The notes under the pieces were generated by a model. That model ran no database searches and was not told the DNA's origin. It saw nothing but the letters and a program-made list of their open reading frames with translations. 64,000 bases of DNA. Source: an uncultured Rikenellaceae bacterium (GTDB taxonomy: Bacteria; Bacteroidota; Bacteroidia; Bacteroidales; VadinHA17). Shown here piece by piece: positions 28,444 to 40,995 of the stretch. The position numbers and the translations under genes were made by a program. Location: NCBI GenBank assembly GCA_964383915.1, contig CAYLJE010000001.1, positions 1,893 through 65,892 of the forward strand. The letters run 5' to 3'. Each line of letters opens with the position of its first letter. The stretch's first letter is position 1.

Positions 28444-29607
28444 ATGAAAACATTACGTATTGGTAATCTGGAAGCAAGACTTCCTGTTATACAAGGAGGA
28501 ATGGGTGTAGCTGTTTCATTGTCCGGGTTGGCATCAGCCGTAGCAGAAGAAGGAGGGATTGGAATCATTTCATCGGCGTCTATAGGTATGTTGATGCCTG
28601 ACTTTTCAAAAGACCTAAAGGAAGCAAATATGAAAGCTCTTCGTCAGGAGATACGGAAAGCCCGCACGATGACTGACGGTATTATTGGCGTGAATATTAT
28701 GATGGCTCTCACTGACTATGAGAATCATATGGTGGTAGCTATCGAAGAAGGAGTTGACCTGATTATTTCAGGGGCTGGTTTACCTTTGAGAATGCCGGAC
28801 ATTCTCCTGAAAGACAAACATGGTGAAAATAAAACCAAGTTTCTTCCTATTGTTTCTTCAGCCAGAGCAGCACGGCTTATATTTAAATATTGGTCTGATC
28901 ATTACGGAGTGATTCCTGACGCCGTGGTCGTTGAGGGTCCTTTAGCGGGGGGGCACCTGGGTTTCAAAAAGGCACAGATTGATAATCAGGATTATTCTTT
29001 GGAAGAAACTGTCCCGCAGGTAGTTGATGTCGTGAAAGATTTCGGGATACAGTATGACAGGAATATCCCGGTGATTGCTGCCGGGGGTGTGTACAGTGGG
29101 GATGATATGTATCATATGATGCAATTGGGAGCCAGTGCGGTACAAATTGCCACACGTTTGGTGCCTACTTATGAATGTGATGCCTCTGAAGAATTTAAGG
29201 AAGCTTATGTTAACAGCAAAAAAGAAGACCTGATGATTATTGACAGCCCGGTGGGATTACCGGGAAGAGCCATTAGAAACCAGTTTCTTGAGGATGTTTC
29301 CAACGGGAAAAAACACCCTATCTCCTGTCCCTGGCAATGTCTGAGAGGTTGTGATTATAAAACAGCGCCTTATTGCATCTCGCTGGCATTGATAAATGCT
29401 GCAAAAGGCAATCTGAAAAACGGATTTGTCTTTGCCGGTAGCAATGCATACAGAACCACCAAAATACAATCCGTAAAAGAAGTCCTTGATCAACTGACAA
29501 AGGAATATTACTCAGCACAAATGCGTGGAGAAAAGAATGAAATTAAAAATTATCCGGGCGTTATCCTGCAAAAGAATAATTATATCCAGCCACAAAAAGC
29601 TGTCTGA
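28444..29607 (+). CDS. NAD(P)H-dependent flavin oxidoreductase (nitronate monooxygenase / FabK-like enoyl-ACP reductase II family)
   Basis: A TIM-barrel NMO signature is readable: PVIQGGMGV, GGHLG, PVIAAGGV and a conserved C-terminal segment. Confidence 0.8.
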   Translation: MKTLRIGNLEARLPVIQGGMGVAVSLSGLASAVAEEGGIGIISSASIGMLMPDFSKDLKEANMKALRQEIRKARTMTDGIIGVNIMMALTDYENHMVVAIEEGVDLIISGAGLPLRMPDILLKDKHGENKTKFLPIVSSARAARLIFKYWSDHYGVIPDAVVVEGPLAGGHLGFKKAQIDNQDYSLEETVPQVVDVVKDFGIQYDRNIPVIAAGGVYSGDDMYHMMQLGASAVQIATRLVPTYECDASEEFKEAYVNSKKEDLMIIDSPVGLPGRAIRNQFLEDVSNGKKHPISCPWQCLRGCDYKTAPYCISLALINAAKGNLKNGFVFAGSNAYRTTKIQSVKEVLDQLTKEYYSAQMRGEKNEIKNYPGVILQKNNYIQPQKAV

Positions 29608-29645
29608 CCAGGACGCTGATGACTGTAAATTGTTGTAAAGAAATT

Positions 29646-29672
29646 AAAAAAGGCCCAAATTGGGCCTTTTTT
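29646..29672. terminator. bidirectional rho-independent terminator
   Basis: An A6 run, the stem ggccca/tgggcc with a 3-nt loop, and a T6 run lie between the convergent NMO-like and ferredoxin genes. Confidence 0.65.
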
Positions 29673-29684
29673 ATGGGGCAACGA

Positions 29685-29948
<264 letters not shown>

Positions 29949-29962
29949 TTAAACTTCATATG

Positions 29963-29970
29963 CAAAGTTA
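29963..29970 (-). promoter_or_regulatory. candidate -7 box (TAACTTTG on the minus strand) for the ferredoxin gene
   Basis: The plus strand reads CAAAGTTA 33 nt upstream of the ATG at 29930. Confidence 0.4.
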
Positions 29971-30057
29971 TAATTAATTTTTTCAATTTTTGACTTTTGC
30001 CTGTTTAAATTAAGGGATCTTTTAATAATTCTTTAGCATAGGTGTTTCATCCGTTAG

Positions 30058-30765
30058 TCAAATGATAGCACTGAAATCAATTTCTTCTTCTTTCCTGACT
30101 TCGGTAAGAAGCATATTTTCGCATTTCAATGTACGTGAATGATATTTTTTCAGAAGTGTATAATTATGGGTTGCAAACAGAACAGTGCATTTTGTACGAC
30201 TGATATTCATAAGAAGATTCAGAATACCGTCTGAAGTTTCCGGATCCAGATTCCCAGTAGGCTCATCAGCCAGGATGATATTCGGATGATTCAGCAAGGC
30301 ACGTGCAATCACAATCCTTTGTTGTTCTCCTCCGGATAATTGATGCGGCATTTTATAGCCTTTATATTCCATATTTACCATCCGTAACACTTCCTGTATC
30401 CGTTCTTCAATTTTCTTCCTGTCTTTCCAGCCGGTGGCTTTCAGAACAAATGCCAGGTTATTATTTACCGTCCGGTCTGTCAGTAACTGAAAATCCTGAA
30501 ATACAATGCCTAAATTTCTACGGAGGGCCGGGGTTTCCTTTTTTTTTAAAGATTTTAAATAGAAATCATCAACGTTGGCAAAACCTTCTTTTAATGGAAC
30601 CTGCGCATTGATTGTTTTGATGAGGGTTGTTTTTCCGCTGCCCACTTTACCGATCAGATAAACAAACTCTCCGGGAAAAATGCTGAATGTCACATCTTTT
30701 AAGACCAAATGGTCTTTTTGGTAAAGGTTACAATGACGTAAATCTATGAGTGGTTTTTCTTCCAT
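30058..30765 (-). CDS. ftsE: cell-division ABC ATPase FtsE-like
   Basis: It has Walker A (GKVGSGKTT), the signature LSGGEQQR and Walker B (ILADEPTGNLD), and is 235 aa. No ftsX gene is adjacent. Confidence 0.75.
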   Translation of the reverse strand: MEEKPLIDLRHCNLYQKDHLVLKDVTFSIFPGEFVYLIGKVGSGKTTLIKTINAQVPLKEGFANVDDFYLKSLKKKETPALRRNLGIVFQDFQLLTDRTVNNNLAFVLKATGWKDRKKIEERIQEVLRMVNMEYKGYKMPHQLSGGEQQRIVIARALLNHPNIILADEPTGNLDPETSDGILNLLMNISRTKCTVLFATHNYTLLKKYHSRTLKCENMLLTEVRKEEEIDFSAII

Positions 30766-30793
30766 GTTCTGTTAAATAACTTTCTGTTTGCTT

Positions 30794-30801
30794 CAAAAAT
30801 A
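30794..30801 (-). promoter_or_regulatory. candidate -7 box (TATTTTTG on the minus strand) for ftsE
   Basis: The plus strand reads CAAAAATA 29 nt upstream of the ATG at 30765. Confidence 0.4.
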
Positions 30802-30927
30802 CAAATTTGTTTTACAATGTCATTGGTTCACCGGGGAAATTAACAAAATACTGTTGATTAAAAGCTATACTAATACGCATTTTTAACCGTTAGAATAATT
30901 AAATTTAGCCGCTGAAAAAAATAAACT

Positions 30928-33900
30928 ATGCGACCACGTTTAGGGCATGTGATTTTATCTTTGTGGATTATTTTTCTGGCAGTCCCTGCCGGATGGACAC
31001 AAAAACCCTATTTTTATTCGACTAAAGAATACGCATACCGTCAAGCTGAAGATCTTTACGAGAAACAGAAGTATTCAGCAGCACAGCGACTTTTTGATGA
31101 TATTGCCAGCCAGAATACAGGAGACAGTGATCTGCTTTCAACCCTTTCGGAATATTATGCGGCGCGTTGTGCCGTATATCTTTTTAATGATGATGCCGAA
31201 TACCGCTTGTTTGCTTTTATCAGCAATCATCCTGAAAGTTCACTGGTAGAGAAGGCAGTTTTGGAAATGGCCTTGTTCCAGTATCAAAAGAAAAATTACC
31301 GGAAAGCTATTACTTATTTTAACAGGGTGGACCTGGGTTCCCTGACAGATGAAGAGACGGCTGAATATTATTTTAAGCTGGGATATTCCTATTTCATGCG
31401 GAAAGACTATGATAAAGCCAAAATGGCTTTTTATGAAATCAAAGATATCCGGAGTGATTATACTTCTCCGGCTATTTATTATTATGCACATATTGCTTAT
31501 TCCCAAGGAAATTATGAGACAGCGCTGAAAGAATTCCGTCGACTAACCGGTGATGAAAATTTTTCTGTCATTGTACCTTATTATATTGTGCAGATTCTTT
31601 ATCTCCAGAAAAAATATGATGAGATCCTTGCTTATGCCCCGGGGATATTGGACCATGCGACCCCCACACGTGCTGCTGAAATTACCAAATACATGGGTGA
31701 TGCGTGGTTTCAGAAAGGGGATTATAAGAAAGCCTTACCTTATCTGGAAAGATATGACGGAAAAAGACCCTTAAACAAAAATGAGCATTATGAATTAGGG
31801 TATTGTTATTATGAAACAGGACAATACGATTTGGCAGTGAAACAATTTGGTTATGCGACCGGGGGAAAAGATAAGCTGGCACAAAACACGTACTATCTTT
31901 TGGCTGATTGTTTCCTTCATTTAAATAACAAAAAAAAGGCAGGGATTGCGTTTTCGGCTGCTGCCGGGATGGATTTTGATCCCAACATCAAAGAAGATGC
32001 CCTGTTTAATTATGCCAAGGTTACTTTTGAGCTTTCTTATTCACCGTTTAATGAAGCTGTCAGGGTGTTGAAAACTTACATTGATACATATCCCTATTCG
32101 AAAAGGATTAACGAAGCCTATCATTACCTCGTATTGGCTTACCTGAACACAAAAAATTATAAGATGGCGTTGGAATCTCTGGACCGGATCCGGAACAAAA
32201 ACGACGAAATGAAGAAGGCTTATCAGCGAGTGGCTTTTTTCAGGGCTCTGGAATTGCTCCGGGCAGGAGATCCTGATAATGCCATTATTTTACTTACCAG
32301 ATCCCTGCAGTATGCTATCTATGACCAGTCGCTGCGTGCCCGGGCTTATTTCTGGCTTGGGGAAGCTTATTACCGGTTGCAGGACACAGAAAAAGCACTG
32401 GGAGCCTTTAAGAAATTTCTTTTTAGTCCCGGAGCTATTTCTCTTCCTGAGTATGAAACAGCCCATTATGATATAGGGTATCTTTATTTCAATGAGAAAA
32501 AATATAATGAGGCTTCATCGTGGTTTCGTAAATACCTTGTTTTCGGGAAGAAGACAAAACCTGAACTGGTGACTGATGCTTATTGCCGGTTGGGTGATTG
32601 TGCATTTGTCACCAGGGACTATAAACAGGCAGTGGATTATTATACCATAGCTTACCAGGCAGGAAAGGTAAATGCTGATTATGCATTGTATCAACGGGGT
32701 TTTTCATATGGATTACTGAAAACCCCCGGGGCTAAGATCAAAGATATGACTACTCTGATAGAAAAATTTCCACAGTCAACCTATTTGGATGATGCACTCT
32801 ATGAAAGAGGAATGGCATACATGGATGCAAACGAATCAGAAGCTGCCCTGAAAGATTTTCATGAAATCATTTATTCTTATCAGTCTAGTGCTTATGTGCC
32901 CAAAGCCTACCTGCAGGTTGGATTGATCTATTATAATCAGAATAAATATACGGCAGCCATCAGGAGTTATAAACAGCTGGTAGAAAAATATCCGGGGACA
33001 CCCCAGGCGCGGAATGCTTTAACCGGACTGAAAAATGTGTATGTGGATATGAATGACGTGGAAGCTTACTTTGCCTACGCACATAAATTGGGCGGCATGG
33101 CTAATGTGAGCATGGCAGAGGAAGATTCTTTGCTTTATATTTCCGGAGAAAACCTTTATATGGCTGGGAACTGTGACAAGGCACAGGAGGTTTTGAGTAA
33201 TTATCTGAAGAAATTTACGGATGGCATTTTTAGAATCAATGCCCATTTTTATGTGGCTGAATGTTTGCGGAACAAAGGAAATTCTGATGAAGCCCTGAAG
33301 CATTATCAGTATGTTATTCGCCAACCCAGGAACCTTTTTACGGAAGCGGCTTTGGTTGCCTCCTCAGATATATTATATGACAGAAAAGATTATGCAACTG
33401 CACTCGAAGATTATGTGTTGCTTGAAAAAGTGGCCGAATTAGAGAAGAATGTGCTGAAGGCCCGTCTGGGAGAGTTGCGCTGCTCCTATGTCATGAAAAA
33501 TTACAGCTCGGTGGTGACGATCGCTCAGGAAATTGTTAAAATGGATCACCTGACTGAGGAAAATGCCAGAGAGGCTTATTTTAAGATGGCAAAAGCTTAT
33601 CAGTTCCAGGGCGATTTTGAGCAAGCTATGGGGACTTATAAAAAAGTTGCTGTAGAAGTATCCAGCGCCGAAGGTGCTGAAGCTAAATACCGGGTGGCCC
33701 AGTTATTATATCGTCTCCATAAAAATGATGAGGCGGAAAAAGTGTTAATGGACTTTATCAATCAAAGTACCCCTCATCCATACTGGATGGCGAAAGCATT
33801 TTTACTACTCTCTGATATTAGTCTGGATAAAAATGATCTTCTTCAGGCAAAATATACGCTGCAGAGTTTAATGGAATATTACCAGAAAAAAGACGATGGA

Positions 33901-34065
33901 ATTCTCGATGAAGCAAAGGAAAAATTGAAAGATATTGAACATTATGAAAAATTGAGAAATGCACCCATAGATTCATTGGAGGTTCCACCGGACACTATTA
34001 AAACACACCCTGGTGGTGAGGAGGAAAAACAATTTCCCGTTGGAAAGATTGAAAAAACCGAATGA
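30928..34065 (+). CDS. large secreted tetratricopeptide-repeat protein
   Basis: It has a signal peptide and more than 15 readable TPR/YbgF-like units (for example AxYYxAxxxYxxGxYxxA). It is 1045 aa. Confidence 0.85.
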   Translation: MRPRLGHVILSLWIIFLAVPAGWTQKPYFYSTKEYAYRQAEDLYEKQKYSAAQRLFDDIASQNTGDSDLLSTLSEYYAARCAVYLFNDDAEYRLFAFISNHPESSLVEKAVLEMALFQYQKKNYRKAITYFNRVDLGSLTDEETAEYYFKLGYSYFMRKDYDKAKMAFYEIKDIRSDYTSPAIYYYAHIAYSQGNYETALKEFRRLTGDENFSVIVPYYIVQILYLQKKYDEILAYAPGILDHATPTRAAEITKYMGDAWFQKGDYKKALPYLERYDGKRPLNKNEHYELGYCYYETGQYDLAVKQFGYATGGKDKLAQNTYYLLADCFLHLNNKKKAGIAFSAAAGMDFDPNIKEDALFNYAKVTFELSYSPFNEAVRVLKTYIDTYPYSKRINEAYHYLVLAYLNTKNYKMALESLDRIRNKNDEMKKAYQRVAFFRALELLRAGDPDNAIILLTRSLQYAIYDQSLRARAYFWLGEAYYRLQDTEKALGAFKKFLFSPGAISLPEYETAHYDIGYLYFNEKKYNEASSWFRKYLVFGKKTKPELVTDAYCRLGDCAFVTRDYKQAVDYYTIAYQAGKVNADYALYQRGFSYGLLKTPGAKIKDMTTLIEKFPQSTYLDDALYERGMAYMDANESEAALKDFHEIIYSYQSSAYVPKAYLQVGLIYYNQNKYTAAIRSYKQLVEKYPGTPQARNALTGLKNVYVDMNDVEAYFAYAHKLGGMANVSMAEEDSLLYISGENLYMAGNCDKAQEVLSNYLKKFTDGIFRINAHFYVAECLRNKGNSDEALKHYQYVIRQPRNLFTEAALVASSDILYDRKDYATALEDYVLLEKVAELEKNVLKARLGELRCSYVMKNYSSVVTIAQEIVKMDHLTEENAREAYFKMAKAYQFQGDFEQAMGTYKKVAVEVSSAEGAEAKYRVAQLLYRLHKNDEAEKVLMDFINQSTPHPYWMAKAFLLLSDISLDKNDLLQAKYTLQSLMEYYQKKDDGILDEAKEKLKDIEHYEKLRNAPIDSLEVPPDTIKTHPGGEEEKQFPVGKIEKTE

Positions 34066-35732
34066 TGATCTATAACAAAACATATCGTTTATTTTTGTTT
34101 CTGGCTGCATTGTTCTTACTTAATAGTCAACTGATTGCCCAGCAGAAAGAGATCCGGAAAGAAGTGAAAGTTGTAAAACCTTATGAACCTTCCCTGTCAG
34201 ATGTAAGAAAAATTGATATTTCCCCTGTCATCAGGGATACGGTAAAATACCATCCCAAAGTAAGGTATGTTATTTCGCCGAAACCGATGATGGTCCCTTT
34301 CAAAGCCCGACCCATCAAACCAGCCCGTCTTGCCGGAGAATCAATCCCCAGGCTTTATAAAAGTTATTTCAAACTTGGGATAGGAAATTACATTACACCA
34401 CTGGTTGAGTTTAATATGAGTACCCTCCGTTCGAGAGATCATATACTTGGCTTTTACTTCGGGAGTCTTTCTTCATACGGGAAAATAAAACTAAATAACG
34501 ACAAAAGAGTGAACGGGGGATATGGGGATACCAGGGGCATGGTTTACGGAAAGAAAATATTTCACTATGCTACATTAAATGGAAACCTGTTTGTTAACAG
34601 GAACCGGGTAAATTTCTATGGTTATAATCCATTGGTTGATACTACTCTTTTTATAGACAGCATACGGCAGTCTTATTTTAATCCCGGGGCCAATTTACGT
34701 CTGTATTCTATACGTGCCGATTCCAACCATTTGAATTATGACCTGAGGGTCAGCGTTGATTATTTTTCAGACAAGTATAATTACTATCAACAGGGCATTC
34801 GCTTTAATGGAAAACTTTTTAATGTTTTTAAGGGTAAAACAATCGGAATCAATACAGATGTTCAATATTTTAACAATAATGTGCTTCCCTTCGGCCACTC
34901 TGATGCTGTTTTTTCCTTTGAACCCTGGTTCTTTCAGTCAGCCTCCGAATGGCGCATGAAAGCTTCTATTGCTGCAACGATTGATGCAAGAGAAGATAAT
35001 ACGGATATCAGACTCTATCCACGTATTCGCTTTCAGTTTAAGATCATCCCCGACTACCTGATGGCTTATCTTGGTATGGATGGGAAAATGGTGGTGAATG
35101 ATTATCAGTCTATTGCCGGAATGAATCCTTATATTAAACCTGGTTTATATGTTCACAATACAGACCATAAAATGATCTTCTACCTTGGACTTTCAGGTTC
35201 ACTCGCTCCAGGGACAGAGTATAAGCTATATGGTTCCTATGCCCTTGTTGACGGGATGCCATTTTTTGTAAATGACACATCCAATGTCCTGGGGAATGTT
35301 TTCTCGGTTGCTTATGATGATATACAGCTTGCCCACCTGTCCGGAGAATTTATGAGGCAGGCAGGAAAAAAATTATCACTACGGTTGCGTGCGGAAATAT
35401 ATAAGTATAGTATGTCCGCACTCTATAAACCTTGGCATAAACCAGCTTTCGATGCTTCCCTGGGGATAAGATACAATCTGCAGGATAAGATTATTCTCAA
35501 TGCTGATATGATGTTTATTGGTAAAAGGTATGTCCGGACGCTTTCATCCCCGCTTCATGTAACCATGCTCAAAGCTTATCCTGATCTGAACCTGAGCTTG
35601 GAATACAGATACAGGAAAATACTTTCTTTCTTTATACGAATGAACAATATGGCCGGTATCCGCTATGAAATCTGGAACCAATATCCCACACAAGGATTCT
35701 TATTCATGGGAGGATTCACATATTCCTTGTAA
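34062..35732 (+). CDS. putative outer-membrane beta-barrel (porin-like) protein
   Basis: It has a signal peptide and alternating aromatic/hydrophilic beta-strand patterning throughout, ending in GGFTYSL. Its start overlaps the TPR gene stop (ATGA). Confidence 0.5.
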   Translation: MMIYNKTYRLFLFLAALFLLNSQLIAQQKEIRKEVKVVKPYEPSLSDVRKIDISPVIRDTVKYHPKVRYVISPKPMMVPFKARPIKPARLAGESIPRLYKSYFKLGIGNYITPLVEFNMSTLRSRDHILGFYFGSLSSYGKIKLNNDKRVNGGYGDTRGMVYGKKIFHYATLNGNLFVNRNRVNFYGYNPLVDTTLFIDSIRQSYFNPGANLRLYSIRADSNHLNYDLRVSVDYFSDKYNYYQQGIRFNGKLFNVFKGKTIGINTDVQYFNNNVLPFGHSDAVFSFEPWFFQSASEWRMKASIAATIDAREDNTDIRLYPRIRFQFKIIPDYLMAYLGMDGKMVVNDYQSIAGMNPYIKPGLYVHNTDHKMIFYLGLSGSLAPGTEYKLYGSYALVDGMPFFVNDTSNVLGNVFSVAYDDIQLAHLSGEFMRQAGKKLSLRLRAEIYKYSMSALYKPWHKPAFDASLGIRYNLQDKIILNADMMFIGKRYVRTLSSPLHVTMLKAYPDLNLSLEYRYRKILSFFIRMNNMAGIRYEIWNQYPTQGFLFMGGFTYSL

Positions 35733-35750
35733 AACAGGCTGTTACATCTG

Positions 35751-35795
35751 TTCTGTTTGAGTTGTTAACATTTCAACAGAGTCAGGTTTTTTTTT
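35751..35795 (+). terminator. candidate terminator (imperfect hairpin plus a T9 run)
   Basis: The stem ttctgtt/aacagaa (35751-35757 pairing with 35774-35780 region) is followed 6 nt later by T9 at 35787-35795. Confidence 0.35.
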
Positions 35796-35873
35796 CGGAT
35801 ATTTTGTTTATTATCTGTTAAAAAAATAATGCAGTTGATCGTGCTTAATTGCCTGATTTTCATTAAAATTTAG

Positions 35874-35881
35874 TATATTTG
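35874..35881 (+). promoter_or_regulatory. Bacteroidota -7 box (TATATTTG) upstream of gyrB
   Basis: It is a perfect TAnnTTTG match, but it lies 213 nt upstream of the gyrB ATG, which implies a long leader. Confidence 0.4.
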
Positions 35882-36064
35882 CATATCTTATTACAGAAGA
35901 AATAATATGTGTTGTATTTTGTTGTCAGAGACTATGTTGTGGAGGATGAAAAAAATACGGAACAAGATAGTTTTTAATGTTTCTTTTGCCGGAACAGCAG
36001 TTAATTATAATCATAAAAAGCTTAAAAGAATAATGAATAGAAATCCCGGAGGAAATTTCGGTAA

Positions 36065-38080
<2,016 letters not shown>

Positions 38081-38115
38081 TATATTCTACAATTTTTTTA
38101 AAACCTTAATACATC

Positions 38116-39606
38116 ATGTTGTTTTTAGGATATGACGTGGGTAGCTCTTCCGTTAAGGCAACCCTCCTTGACGGGAATAAAGGAATCCCTGTTGCGGTTG
38201 TCAGTTATCCCGAAATAGAAATGCCTATAAATGCTCCACATGCCGGATGGGCAGAGCAGAACCCTGAGATGTGGTGGACAAACTTGGGAATAGTAACCCG
38301 TAAGCTCCTGGAACAGGCAGGGTCTCCCCCCGGAGATATTGGAGCTATCGGTATTTCTTATCAGATGCATGGCCTGGTGATGATAGATGAAAACAAAAAG
38401 GTATTGCGTCCTTCTATTATCTGGTGTGATAGCCGGGCGGTAGAAATCGGAACTATTGCTTTTGAAGAGATGGGCCCCAATATTTGCCTGGATCATCTGC
38501 TGAATTCTCCAGGGAATTTCACTGCGTCTAAACTGGCGTGGGTTAAAAAAAATGAACCCGGGATTTACAAAAAGACCTGGAAATTTCTCCTTCCCGGCGA
38601 CTATATCGCTATGCGTATGACGGGGGAGGCGGTTACTACCATCCCCGGGTTGTCAGAAGGGATTTTCTGGGATTTTAAAAATAATGAAGTAGCATCGTTG
38701 GTGACAGATTATTTTGGTTTTGACCCGAAGTTGTTCCCATCGGTTGTCCCGGTATTCGGGGATCAGGGGAAACTGACGGAGCTGGCTGCCGGAGAATTGG
38801 GATTGGTTCCCGGAATTCCTGTAACCTACCGGGCTGGTGATCAGCCAAACAATGCCTTTTCACTAAATGTAATGAACCCCGGAGAGGTAGCTGCTACGGC
38901 TGGTACATCGGGAGTGGTGTACGGGGTAAGTGACCAGCGAAAATATGATCCGTTATCCAGGGTAAATACTTTCGTACATGTGAATCACCAACCGCCGGAA
39001 AATAGGTTTGGAGTATTGTTGTGCATCAATGGTACAGGAATCCTGAATGCATGGCTGCGACAGAATCTGATGGAAGGAAAGGTGAGCTATCCCCGGATGA
39101 ATGAAGAAGCTGCCAATGTGCCGGTGGGTGCAGAGGGATTGACCATTCTTCCTTTTGGCAACGGAGCGGAGCGAATACTCTCGAATAAAGATCCGGGATC
39201 TGTTTTTTCAGGCCTCCGGTTCAACAGGCACCACCGGGCGCATATTTTACGGGCGGCACAGGAAGGGATCGCTTTTGCTTTTCGTTATGGTTTGGAGATC
39301 ATGCAGGAAACTGGGATTGATCCAACGGTGATCCGGGCCGGCCATGCCAACATGTTCCTGAGTCCCTTGTTTGCCGAAGCCATAGCTAACAGTACAAAGA
39401 CAAAAATAGAATTGTTTGATACCGATGGTTCCAGGGGAGCAGCCCTCGCTGCCGGATACGGTGTCGGATTTTATCATTCTTTTGATGAATGTTTTAAATC
39501 TCTGAGAAAAATAAAGACCATAGAACCTGATGTTATACTCTCAGATCAATATGAGGAGGCTTACCAACGCTGGAAGAAATTATTGAAAAATACAATGAAC
39601 CAATAG
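38116..39606 (+). CDS. xylB: xylulokinase (FGGY carbohydrate kinase)
   Basis: It has the FGGY N-terminal motif [12 protein letters not shown] and is 496 aa. It sits immediately upstream of xylA. Confidence 0.85.
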   Translation: MLFLGYDVGSSSVKATLLDGNKGIPVAVVSYPEIEMPINAPHAGWAEQNPEMWWTNLGIVTRKLLEQAGSPPGDIGAIGISYQMHGLVMIDENKKVLRPSIIWCDSRAVEIGTIAFEEMGPNICLDHLLNSPGNFTASKLAWVKKNEPGIYKKTWKFLLPGDYIAMRMTGEAVTTIPGLSEGIFWDFKNNEVASLVTDYFGFDPKLFPSVVPVFGDQGKLTELAAGELGLVPGIPVTYRAGDQPNNAFSLNVMNPGEVAATAGTSGVVYGVSDQRKYDPLSRVNTFVHVNHQPPENRFGVLLCINGTGILNAWLRQNLMEGKVSYPRMNEEAANVPVGAEGLTILPFGNGAERILSNKDPGSVFSGLRFNRHHRAHILRAAQEGIAFAFRYGLEIMQETGIDPTVIRAGHANMFLSPLFAEAIANSTKTKIELFDTDGSRGAALAAGYGVGFYHSFDECFKSLRKIKTIEPDVILSDQYEEAYQRWKKLLKNTMNQ

Positions 39607-39655
39607 AAAATTTTGCTTTTCCCATGTATTAATAATAAATCAAAATAATTACAAG

Positions 39656-40984
39656 ATGAATATACTAAAAGGTCAAAAGGAGTATTTCCCGGGGATAGGG
39701 AAGATTTCATACGAAGGAAAAGGTTCCGATAATCCGTTAGCATTTAAGTGGTATGATGCGAGCAGGGTAGTACGGGGAAAAGCGATGAAAGATCATTTTC
39801 GGTTTGCAGTGGCCTACTGGCATACATTTGGGAACACGGGTACCGATCCATTTGGAGCAGGGACAAAAGATTATCCATGGAATGCTTATGATCAGGTGAT
39901 GGATCGGGCCCGGGCGAAGATGGATGCGGCGTTTGAGTTTTTCACCAAATTGGGGAATCCGTATTATTGTTTTCATGACTTTGATCTGGTAGAAGAAGGG
40001 GAGACTTTGGGAGAGTCGGAAGGGAGGTTGTCCCGGATGGTGGAATATGCCCGGGAGAAGCAAAGACTTTCCGGGGTAAAGTTATTGTGGGGGACATCCA
40101 ATCTTTTTTCACATCCACGTTATATGAACGGAGCGGCGACGAATCCTGACTTCCGTGTAGTAGCCAGGGCCGGAGCACAGGTTAAGAATGCACTGGATGT
40201 CAACATTGCATTAGGAGGAGAGAATTATGTATTTTGGGGAGGGAGGGAAGGATACCTGTCCTTGTTGAATACAGAGATGAAAAGGGAAAAGGAGCATATG
40301 GCCCGTTTTCTTACCATGGCTCGCGATTATGGGCGCAAGCATGGGTTTAGAGGAACTTTTCTGATCGAGCCCAAGCCCATGGAACCCTCCAAGCACCAGT
40401 ATGATTATGATGCGGAAACAGTGATTGGTTTTTTACGGCATTACGGGCTGGACAAAGATTTTAAACTCAACATAGAAGTGAACCATGCCACACTGGCAGG
40501 GCATACGTTCCAACATGAACTCCAGGCAGCTGTTGATGCGGGATTGTTCGGTAGTATAGACGCCAACCGGGGAGATTATCAGAATGGTTGGGATACCGAT
40601 CAGTTTGCGATCAATCTGTATGAGACGGTGGAAGCCATGCTGGTGATTTTGCAGGCAGGAGGTTTCACCACAGGGGGTGTCAATTTTGATGCAAAGACAC
40701 GCCGGAATTCTACCGACCTGGAAGATATATTCATTGCCCACATTGCAGCCATGGATGTTTTTGCACGGGCGCTGATCGTAACGGATCATTTACTTATCGA
40801 CTCGCCGTATCTGGAAAAGCTGAAAAAGAGGTATGCTTCATTTGACACGGGAGCAGGGGCGGATTTTGAAGCCGGGGAACTGACACTGGGGAATCTGCAT
40901 GCTCTGGCCGGAGAGATAGGGGAACCTCCTCAGGTCAGTGGGAAACAGGAATGGTTCGAGCAGTTGATAAATCTCTATATATAG
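39656..40984 (+). CDS. xylA: xylose isomerase (class II)
   Basis: FHDFD, WGGREGY, FLIEPKP and NHATLAGH motifs are present, and the protein is 442 aa. Confidence 0.95.
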   Translation: MNILKGQKEYFPGIGKISYEGKGSDNPLAFKWYDASRVVRGKAMKDHFRFAVAYWHTFGNTGTDPFGAGTKDYPWNAYDQVMDRARAKMDAAFEFFTKLGNPYYCFHDFDLVEEGETLGESEGRLSRMVEYAREKQRLSGVKLLWGTSNLFSHPRYMNGAATNPDFRVVARAGAQVKNALDVNIALGGENYVFWGGREGYLSLLNTEMKREKEHMARFLTMARDYGRKHGFRGTFLIEPKPMEPSKHQYDYDAETVIGFLRHYGLDKDFKLNIEVNHATLAGHTFQHELQAAVDAGLFGSIDANRGDYQNGWDTDQFAINLYETVEAMLVILQAGGFTTGGVNFDAKTRRNSTDLEDIFIAHIAAMDVFARALIVTDHLLIDSPYLEKLKKRYASFDTGAGADFEAGELTLGNLHALAGEIGEPPQVSGKQEWFEQLINLYI

Positions 40985-40995
40985 AAAAAATAAAT

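Noticed and set aside
40951-40995. N-terminal extension of the sugar porter overlapping xylA
   Set aside because: The ATG at 40996, just after the xylA stop, gives a normal MFS N-terminus. The extension has no transporter-like sequence.
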